A DNA stretch of 32,000 nt. It comes from Nitrosomonas europaea. GTDB lineage: Bacteria > Pseudomonadota > Gammaproteobacteria > Burkholderiales > Nitrosomonadaceae. Numbering within the stretch: position 1 is the first letter of the stretch; every line of letters begins with the position of its first letter. The notes under the pieces were generated by a model. It worked only from the letters and a program-made list of their open reading frames with translations, was not told the origin of the DNA and did not search any database. The translations under genes were made by a program, and so were the position numbers. Of this stretch, positions 6,193-12,602 are shown one piece after another. The stretch is from NCBI RefSeq assembly GCF_900167395.1, contig NZ_FUWK01000021.1, positions 1 to 32,000 on the forward strand, in the 5' to 3' direction.

Positions 6193-8655
6193 TTAAAACA
6201 TCGTACTGACAGAAAACGCAACAGTCCTCGGTACGCCTAAATAATTAGCATCTTGCCAGTAGTTTTTACCAGTCAGATTGATGACATTCAGACGTACTAT
6301 TAGTGACTTATCCAGTACACGAGTTGCATATCGTGCTCCGATATCATACAAGGTATAGCTGGGTATCTTGTCGGTATTGGCCGCATTGCCATATCTCTCG
6401 CTGGTATAGTAGATACCACCGGTCAAGCTCAATCCCGTAATCCAAGGCAGAGCATATTCCGCATAAATTTTGCCCATTCTGGAAGCAGCATTGACTGGTT
6501 TCTTTCCTTCCAGAGCAGGATCATTGGCTTTCTCTACGCTGATATCCATCAGGGTGCCGCCTCCCATGATAGTCAGATTGTCGGTTACTTTTCCGGTCAG
6601 GATCAATTCCACCCCGTTATGTACTTGCAAACCATCCTGAACGTAAGTGGGGATAGGCATAGCTTGATTTGAAAACTGATTGGCTTTCTCGATTCGGAAC
6701 AGCGCAGTACTCAATAATAAATTAGGATTGACATCGTATTTCAGACCCACTTCATATTGTTTACTGACGAGTGGTGGGAATACTTCCCCAAAATTAGTAT
6801 AGGTATTACCTACTCTCGTTCCTCTTTCAAGTGCTTCCATATAAGAGACATAGGTGGTGACATCTTTAATCGGTTTATACAGCACCGAGACGGAGGGGGT
6901 CAGCGCAGATTTTTCATATTTAATACCATCGCCATAAAAACCGGATGCTTTATTCATCGTAGTAGCATAGTTGAATCCGATCATCGCAGACCATTGATCA
7001 TTGAAAGTAATATCATCTCCAATCAAAACATTATTATATTGATCAATCCAGGGAGATGATACGGTTCCCTTTCCGAAAGATTCTCCCCAATCCGGCTCAG
7101 ATAAGTTTTTAACTTCATTTAACGAGAGGCTTGTACCAGACCGAAGAACAAAACCATTACCACGCAAAAAGTATTCATAATAAGTAGAGGAATAACCTAA
7201 GGTTAGTTTATGGTCGACAGCAAACGTTGAAAATCGCGTATCCAGGTAGATATAACCCCCATAATTTTCATGCTTTTCCCACGGGGCGTTTAACATTCTA
7301 GGAATAAAGGTCCTGTTCGCTTGCTCATTTAAATATATTTGGTTGGTTCTCATATTAGTATGTTGATAGAAGAAAGCACTTCTAAGGGTGAAATACTTAC
7401 TGGGATCCCAGCGCAGGCTGGTGTAAGCTTTGTGACTTTCCAAGTCATTAGATGCCCATTTGGGAGAATAGCGTTTACTGGTATCGACCCCAGTTCTTTC
7501 TATCACACTATTAAATGTTGGTTGTGTTGCTTCTTTGCTGTAGTCGTTATAGGTATATTTGACATCCGCGTAGAGGGTATCGGTAAGATGACCATCCAGC
7601 ACGATGTTGGCGACTTTCTGTTTTACGGGCTCACCTATAGCGGTATCTCCTCCTTGGTAGAGCAGATTGGCTCGATAACCGAAGCGGCCCCGATCATCGA
7701 ATTTTCCACTGATATCAGCATGGCCATAAAACTGAGTACCACCGTAGTTACCAAACGTCAGCCTTCTGAGCGGGACACTGGTTGGGCTTTTGGTCACGTA
7801 ATTTATTGCCCCGCCTACTCTGCCGCCACCATAGAGAAAGCCTGAGGTTCCACCGAGAATTTCGACTCGATCGATCTCGATGACGGATACGGCAGAGCCG
7901 TTCCCAAGAGCAAGAGGTATGCCATCATAGACCGGATTTGTTGATTGAAATCCGCGCATGACGACCATAGGTATACCGGTAAAATTCTGAATAGGTGGTT
8001 CCTGAGTCAAGGGATTCATTTTGAAGATCTGCCCCATATTCTGGGCATTGATGTTTTCAATCAAATCAGAAGGGACAATACTCATTGAATAGGGCGTATC
8101 TCGCAAGCTGCGTTCATCCCATAAGCCAATTCCGCTGACATTACTGACCAAATACCCCTCTTCTGCTGCGCCTTGTTTCAGGGAATCTGCTTTTACGGTC
8201 AGCGTGGGCAACACTGCTTTTCCATCAGTAGTCAGATTCCCGGTAGCCGGTACTTTATGCAAGGTATACCCTCCGCCCGGTTGCCTGATGACCTCTATAC
8301 TGTTACCGGCCAGCAGCAACATGAGTCCTGCTGAAATATCATGGCGGCCATTCAACCCTCTGGTCACTTTGTTGCTGATCAGTGCAGGATCATAGGTCAG
8401 ATTGACGCCTGCAGTACGGGCGAAGCGATCCAGTGCGCTATCCAGCGGGCCAGCAGGAATATCAAACATTCTGGTATTGGTTTCAACTGGCCCGGCTGCG
8501 TTGTTCTGTGCCTGTGCAGGCTGTATAAAACAGATCCCACTCAACACAAGAAAACCCGGTATCACGCTGCAGAGTACTGCAGTACGCAACAACCGGATCA
8601 AACTGGAGATGGAGATAAAACAATGAGTGACGATACAAGGATGAAAGATAGTCAT
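6193..8655 (-). CDS. TonB-dependent siderophore receptor/transducer with STN signalling domain (paralog 2)
   Basis: 820-aa ORF. It has a signal-like N-terminus ending QPAQA/QNN and the STN-like MFDIPAGPLDSALDRFARTAGVNLTYDP...GGYTLHK. A plug follows (RVEILGGTSGFLYGGGRVGGAINYVTK), then a long beta-barrel ending in the aromatic terminal F (VAFSVSTMF). Confidence 0.95.
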   Translation of the reverse strand: MTIFHPCIVTHCFISISSLIRLLRTAVLCSVIPGFLVLSGICFIQPAQAQNNAAGPVETNTRMFDIPAGPLDSALDRFARTAGVNLTYDPALISNKVTRGLNGRHDISAGLMLLLAGNSIEVIRQPGGGYTLHKVPATGNLTTDGKAVLPTLTVKADSLKQGAAEEGYLVSNVSGIGLWDERSLRDTPYSMSIVPSDLIENINAQNMGQIFKMNPLTQEPPIQNFTGIPMVVMRGFQSTNPVYDGIPLALGNGSAVSVIEIDRVEILGGTSGFLYGGGRVGGAINYVTKSPTSVPLRRLTFGNYGGTQFYGHADISGKFDDRGRFGYRANLLYQGGDTAIGEPVKQKVANIVLDGHLTDTLYADVKYTYNDYSKEATQPTFNSVIERTGVDTSKRYSPKWASNDLESHKAYTSLRWDPSKYFTLRSAFFYQHTNMRTNQIYLNEQANRTFIPRMLNAPWEKHENYGGYIYLDTRFSTFAVDHKLTLGYSSTYYEYFLRGNGFVLRSGTSLSLNEVKNLSEPDWGESFGKGTVSSPWIDQYNNVLIGDDITFNDQWSAMIGFNYATTMNKASGFYGDGIKYEKSALTPSVSVLYKPIKDVTTYVSYMEALERGTRVGNTYTNFGEVFPPLVSKQYEVGLKYDVNPNLLLSTALFRIEKANQFSNQAMPIPTYVQDGLQVHNGVELILTGKVTDNLTIMGGGTLMDISVEKANDPALEGKKPVNAASRMGKIYAEYALPWITGLSLTGGIYYTSERYGNAANTDKIPSYTLYDIGARYATRVLDKSLIVRLNVINLTGKNYWQDANYLGVPRTVAFSVSTMF

Positions 8656-8714
8656 ATTATTTTCGGTCAGATAGGTTAATGATCAACAAACAAGGCTCCC
8701 ACCTGATAGGTCGA

Positions 8715-8737
8715 TCGAGAATCGAAATCCCCTCACC
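8715..8737 (-). promoter_or_regulatory. Candidate ECF (FecI-type) promoter, GGTGA-N14-TCGA
   Basis: On the minus strand: GGTGA (8737..8733), a 14-nt T-rich spacer, TCGA (8718..8715), 60 nt before ATG 8655. The same GTGA-N14-TCGA arrangement lies 52-53 nt before two other STN-type receptor genes. Confidence 0.3.
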
Positions 8738-8802
8738 TTTTCCGAAAAATTTTTCTGACGCTTCTCCTGTTTTTATTCAACGAATAAATTTACGAACCAT
8801 TT

Positions 8803-8944
8803 AGGAACCTCTGCAAAACTATCTGCATTGCCATTTCTGCGTTAAAAGTCGGCTCAGAATACTCATTTATTACGTATAAACTCCGCTTCTTCGCCGACTT
8901 TTGCCTTGAACTGACTGCCTCGCTAACGTTTTTCAGAGGTTCCC
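8803..8944. mobile_element. About 140-bp MITE-like non-coding element, copy A
   Basis: Terminal inverted repeats: left end (T)TAGGAACCTCTGCAAAAC, right end GTTTTTCAGAGGTTCCCTTA. There is no ORF. It is about 85-90% identical by eye to 10356..10497, in the same orientation. Confidence 0.6.
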
Positions 8945-8951
8945 TTACTTA

Positions 8952-8999
8952 TCGCCAGGACAGCGATGCAGTTCGTACCTCACCGTATCCTGTTGCACT
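8952..8999. repeat. 48-bp hairpin-containing repeat, copy A
   Basis: tcgccaggacagcgatgcagttcgtacctcaccgtatcctgttgcact is near-identical to 10872..10919 (direct repeat, 1920 bp apart). The core also recurs inverted at 30393..30419. Confidence 0.65.
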
Positions 9000-9021
9000 A
9001 TAAAACGGAAAAAATCGTATG

Positions 9022-9293
9022 CTAAGGCTGCACTGAGGCAGGAATCCAGCGATAAAGCGTAGGAATGGACACGCCAAAGTTCTTGGCCACGTCCCTGGGC
9101 GGAACGCCGTTGGCCAGCAGCTTCATTGTCGACTCGATCTTACTGTCGGTCATCTTGGGTTTGCGGCCTCCCCTGCGACGTGCCACTCACCTTGTCCTCG
9201 AAGATCTTTTTACATCCGGCCCTGGTCAAGGCTTCGCGTTGCAGCTCCAGGTTCTGATCTTGCGTCGAGATTCACGTATAAGCCAATCAACAT
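9022..9293 (-). pseudogene. Decayed serine recombinase (resolvase/invertase): N-terminal stub fused to the C-terminal HTH
   Basis: The minus strand reads ATG TTG ATT GGC T-TAT ACG TGA ATC TCG ACG CAA GAT CAG, that is MLIG(Y)T*ISTQDQNLELQREALTRAGCKKIFEDKVSGTSQG. This carries the resolvase catalytic-Ser motif, with a 1-nt insertion and a TGA. The frame then switches to GGRKPKMTDSKIESTMKLLANGVPPRDVAKNFGVSIPTLYRWIPASVQP*, a Hin/resolvase-type HTH. The central catalytic domain is missing. Confidence 0.75.
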
Positions 9294-9664
9294 GGCTTGT
9301 CTCTTGCTTCATTGTCGGCGTCCTGGCGCACGGCGGGCAATTGCTTGAGCAACTCCGGCAGTGCTGCCTGCACGGTGTCCCACACCACATCGAGGTTGAT
9401 GTCGAAGTAGCCGTGGGCGATGCGGTTGCGCATGCCGCGCATATTGCGCCACGGCACTTGAGCATGTGCCTGGGCAAACTCGGCATAGCCATCCATCACC
9501 TTCGTGACGGCTTCGCCGATGATGATGAGGCTCATGATGACGGCCTGCTGAGTTTGCTTGTTCTCAAGGAAATCCTCTTTGGCCAGGCCCTCTACGAAGC
9601 TGCACGCGTCGGTTGCGGCCTGCTGTATGTGGTCGAGGTAATCGAGCAGGCGGCTTTCGCTCAT
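9287..9664 (-). CDS. hepT: HEPN-domain (DUF86) toxin HepT
   Basis: 125-aa ORF with the R-x4-H HEPN motif (MRNRIAHGYF). It overlaps the upstream nucleotidyltransferase gene by 4 nt. Confidence 0.9.
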   Translation of the reverse strand: MSESRLLDYLDHIQQAATDACSFVEGLAKEDFLENKQTQQAVIMSLIIIGEAVTKVMDGYAEFAQAHAQVPWRNMRGMRNRIAHGYFDINLDVVWDTVQAALPELLKQLPAVRQDADNEARDKPC

Positions 9665-9957
9665 ATCGGTCGCGCCTCCGCGAGTACCTTGGCCCGGAAC
9701 TTTGGCGGCAGGTCGCCGGGCGTCAGCAAATCAACGTGGAGGCCGAGCAGTGATTCCAGCTCGACTTGCAGACCACCCAGATCGAACAGTGTCGCACCAG
9801 GCAGCGCATCGACCAGCAGATCGAGGTCGCTGCCATCGTGGTCGGTGCCATGCAGCACCGAACCAAAGACACGCGGGTTCGTGGTGCGGAAGCGGCCTAC
9901 CGCTTCACGCACTGCGCTTCGTTTCATGTCAAGCACAACAGACGGTCTCATGGGCAT
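9661..9957 (-). CDS. mntA: Minimal nucleotidyltransferase antitoxin MntA
   Basis: 98-aa ORF with FGSVLHGTDHDGSDLDLLVD (the GS-x-D-x-D NTase motif). It pairs with the DUF86 gene. The region is visibly GC-rich compared with its surroundings. Confidence 0.9.
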   Translation of the reverse strand: MPMRPSVVLDMKRSAVREAVGRFRTTNPRVFGSVLHGTDHDGSDLDLLVDALPGATLFDLGGLQVELESLLGLHVDLLTPGDLPPKFRAKVLAEARPI

Positions 9958-10036
9958 CCTTTTTTATCAAAACTCGTTGAGATGGTATGCAATCAAGAAT
10001 AGAGCTTCAAGAACTATTTTCGAGAATCACAATACC

Positions 10037-10354
10037 TTAATATCCGTGAAATAAAAAATCGAGTGCACTGGTAATCTCGGGTTGCATATCTCGTAACGAC
10101 AGCACGGGCATTGTAAGTAGTCGCCGGGGGATAGCCCCCATTTTTGGAGTTTCCAGCAGAAAATCCTGGCCTTTGATCGTTACAACCGGAGTCAGCCTGC
10201 CGGGTAATTTAACTTTGGGGAAGTGCTCAAGGCTGCGCAATGGAATGACCATGCAGCTATCCAGCACATCAAGCAGATCGCTCTGGACATCCAGCAGATA
10301 AGGTGTCGTAGCGGCGTGACTACCCGGGTTAACATAAACATCGAAACGTGCCAC
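10037..10354 (-). CDS. ccdB: CcdB-family gyrase-poison toxin
   Basis: 105-aa ORF (M)ARFDVYVNPGSHAATTPYLLDVQSDLLDVLDSCMVIPL...ALDFLFHGY, colinear with CcdB. It has a GTG start at 10354, with GGAGG (plus-strand cctcc 10362..10366) 7 nt upstream. That GGAGG lies inside the MITE-like element. Confidence 0.85.
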   Translation of the reverse strand: MARFDVYVNPGSHAATTPYLLDVQSDLLDVLDSCMVIPLRSLEHFPKVKLPGRLTPVVTIKGQDFLLETPKMGAIPRRLLTMPVLSLRDMQPEITSALDFLFHGY

Positions 10355-10355
10355 A

Positions 10356-10497
10356 AGGGAGCCTCCAGAAAACTACCTGCGTTGTCATTTCTGCGTCAAA
10401 AATCGGCTCAAAATGCTCATTTATTACGTATAAACTCCGCTTTCTTGCCGATTTTTGCCTTGAACTGATTGCCTCGCTAATATTTTTTAGAGGTTCC
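10356..10497. mobile_element. About 140-bp MITE-like element, copy B, inserted between ccdA and ccdB
   Basis: Homologous along its full length to 8803..8944. It fills exactly the gap between the ccdA stop (10498..10500) and the ccdB start (10354). Confidence 0.65.
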
Positions 10498-10761
10498 TTA
10501 GAAACTTCTCCACTCGTCCAGTGGCAGATTCTCAGCTTCGATAGTGGCATTGTAGGCAGTAATAAAATCCGCATGTTCCTCACGCCAGCGGCGCTCTTGC
10601 TCATGACGCACCACTTCACGCAGGTAAGTATCGCAGACCTGAGAAATATTGATATCCAGTTGCCTGGCAGCGTCCAGTACATCAGCACTCAAGCTCAGAT
10701 TGATTGCACGTTTGCCAGGTCGGCCAGATTGGGTACGACGGACAGACTGTATCGTTGGCAT
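10498..10761 (-). CDS. ccdA: CcdA-family antitoxin
   Basis: MPTIQSVRRTQSGRPGKRAINLSLSADVLDAARQLDINISQVCDTYLREVVRHEQERRWREEHADFITAYNATIEAENLPLDEWRSF resembles CcdA (NIS...RRxxxxxW...). GGAGA lies 5 nt before ATG 10761. The longer track start (10779) lies within the operator-like palindrome. Confidence 0.8.
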   Translation of the reverse strand: MPTIQSVRRTQSGRPGKRAINLSLSADVLDAARQLDINISQVCDTYLREVVRHEQERRWREEHADFITAYNATIEAENLPLDEWRSF

Positions 10762-10771
10762 TGATGTCTCC

Positions 10772-10793
10772 ATGCGCATAATAATATGTGCAT
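10772..10793. promoter_or_regulatory. Candidate CcdA operator palindrome
   Basis: ATGCGCATAATAATATGTGCAT is a near-perfect 22-bp palindrome (2 mismatched pairs) directly upstream of the ccdA RBS. Confidence 0.4.
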
Positions 10794-10871
10794 AGCCTAA
10801 CCCGTATTATTCATTGTGTCCATGGTTTGCAACAAAACGATCAAGCCACTGGATTGCTTCAGCGTACCATT

Positions 10872-10919
10872 TCGCAAGGACAGCGATGCAGTTCGTACCT
10901 CACCGTATCCTAACGCACT
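10872..10919. repeat. 48-bp hairpin-containing repeat, copy B
   Basis: tcgcaaggacagcgatgcagttcgtacctcaccgtatcctaacgcact is a direct repeat of 8952..8999. It lies 11 nt downstream of the fecR (pair 2) stop. Confidence 0.65.
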
Positions 10920-10929
10920 CCTATCTCTG

Positions 10930-11973
10930 TTAACGATATAAGCTCTTCGGGCCCACTATCACCCAGAAACGTGTGCGATACATCACGCTGACCGGCTGCG
11001 TCTGTGCAAGAAATTGCAGTGCCTTATCCGTATCTTTCACATGAAAAATACCCGATATCGGCAGATCGGCCACACGTTCGTCACAAACGATGTAACCCGG
11101 ACGATAGCGTGACAGCTCAGCTACCAGATCGGCCAGCCGGATATTTTTACCGGCAATGACACCACTGACCCAGCCATCTTCCTCGAAATACCGGTCTGCT
11201 TCAGGCAGGATGCTGCTTCCGGTCAGTCGGCGGCTCTCACCCGCCTGCACGATGGCTGACGAACCACCGGCAGATGGATGCAACTCCACCGCGCCTTCCT
11301 GCACACTGACGCGGGCATGCTGTTCGTCCAGCCGTACGACAAAACGGGTACCGAGTGCCTGCAGTTCACCGAATGGCGTACGTACCCGGAACGGACGCTT
11401 CCTGCCGATTCGGGCCGATACTTCGCTATCGGGGCCGGTAGTGATATGCATCTCACCTCGCTGCAAGACGATGAGCCGCTGTGCTTCCGTCAGATCAAAG
11501 CTGACCGCACTGTCGGTATTGAGCACGACAACCGTACCATCGGTCAGATGGAGTACACGCTGTTCACCCGTGACGGTACTGGCATCCGCCAGCAGACGCT
11601 GCCAGGGAGTATGCTCACGCACAGTCCAGCCGGTTGCGATGGTAATACCCGCCAGAGACAGCAGTTTCATCGCATTTCTGCGGCTCAGTTTGCGTGACTG
11701 GCGTCTGCTGTCCACTTCCTGCAGTGTATCGAATGCCAGTCTGGAAGGAAGACTCCTGCAGTCATTCCTGAGATTATTCAGAGAATCTACCCGTTGCCAG
11801 GCAAGCCTATGCAACGGATCGGCGTGCAGCCACTGGTCGAAGGATTGACGGGTTTCAGGTGTGGGATCGTTATAATCGAGTCTGATCGACCAGGTGATGG
11901 CAGCCTCGATGATGTTTTCAGGAAGAGAGGCAGTTTGTGGCAGATTTTCCTGATCGACGGACGGGTGTGTCAT
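10930..11973 (-). CDS. fecR: FecR-type anti-sigma factor (pair 2)
   Basis: The N-terminus carries AITWSIRLDYNDPTPETRQSFDQWLHADPLHRLAWQR (anti-sigma domain), followed by one TM-like segment and a FecR periplasmic domain. I prefer ATG 11973 (MTHPSV...), 4 nt after the fecI stop, over the track start 12024, which overlaps fecI by 47 nt. Confidence 0.88.
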   Translation of the reverse strand: MTHPSVDQENLPQTASLPENIIEAAITWSIRLDYNDPTPETRQSFDQWLHADPLHRLAWQRVDSLNNLRNDCRSLPSRLAFDTLQEVDSRRQSRKLSRRNAMKLLSLAGITIATGWTVREHTPWQRLLADASTVTGEQRVLHLTDGTVVVLNTDSAVSFDLTEAQRLIVLQRGEMHITTGPDSEVSARIGRKRPFRVRTPFGELQALGTRFVVRLDEQHARVSVQEGAVELHPSAGGSSAIVQAGESRRLTGSSILPEADRYFEEDGWVSGVIAGKNIRLADLVAELSRYRPGYIVCDERVADLPISGIFHVKDTDKALQFLAQTQPVSVMYRTRFWVIVGPKSLYR

Positions 11974-11977
11974 CCGG

Positions 11978-12496
11978 TCATGCTTCGAAATGCAATGCGT
12001 AACACTGGCGCAGTGCCTTGGCAATATAGCGCTCGACAGTCGCCACGGATACGTCCAGATGTTTTGCGATCTGCGAACAGGTCAGCCCATCGATCTGTGC
12101 CAGTAGAAAGGCGGTGCGTACTGCCGGTTTGAGTGAATCGAGCACCCGGTCTATCTCGACCAGCGTTTCCAGAAAGATCAGGCGGCTTTCAGGGGCAGGC
12201 GTTTCGGGCTCAGGCAGAACTGCCAGTATCTCCAGCCAGACCTGCTCCAGCTCGCGCCGACGCCAGTGATCGACGACCAGGCCACGGGCGATGGAAGACA
12301 GATATGCCCGTGGTTCGTGTATCTGGGAGGGTTGCCGGCGAGTAAGTACCCGCATGAATACATCCTGGGCAATATCTGCTGCATCGAAAGTATTACCCAG
12401 CCTGCGATACAGCCATTTCTGCAACCAGCCATGATGATTATTGTACAGATCATGCGCTTGCTGCCACGTTACCAGCTTGACAACCGGGATGGTCAT
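11978..12496 (-). CDS. fecI: FecI-type ECF sigma factor (pair 2)
   Basis: 172 aa starting MTIPVVKL, with LYNNHHGWLQKWLYRRLGNTFDAADIAQDVFMRV (region 2) and IDGLTCSQIAKHLDVSVATVERYI (region 4). Confidence 0.92.
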   Translation of the reverse strand: MTIPVVKLVTWQQAHDLYNNHHGWLQKWLYRRLGNTFDAADIAQDVFMRVLTRRQPSQIHEPRAYLSSIARGLVVDHWRRRELEQVWLEILAVLPEPETPAPESRLIFLETLVEIDRVLDSLKPAVRTAFLLAQIDGLTCSQIAKHLDVSVATVERYIAKALRQCYALHFEA

Positions 12497-12522
12497 TTTC
12501 CGTCTTCCGATCAGATAATATT

Positions 12523-12541
12523 AATGAGAATAGTTCGCATT
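12523..12541. promoter_or_regulatory. Fur-box-like dyad upstream of fecI (pair 2)
   Basis: AATGAGAA-TAG-TTCGCATT, 27 nt upstream of ATG 12496. It has the same architecture as the dyad before fecI pair 1. Confidence 0.45.
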
Positions 12542-12602
12542 CTATAAGATGTACGATTGGCCTGCAATGCAATCTCGAATAGATGGTCACTACTTTCCAC
12601 GG

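Noticed and set aside
9065-10054. 329-aa plus-strand ORF, the longest plus-strand ORF in the window
   Set aside because: It is antisense to the well-supported resolvase remnant, hepT and mntA. The sequence is Arg/Ser/Ala-rich and low in complexity, with no recognisable domain. It is a typical shadow ORF of a GC-rich region.
11156-11848. 230-aa plus-strand ORF
   Set aside because: It is antisense within fecR pair 2, Ser/Cys/Arg-rich, and has no motif.
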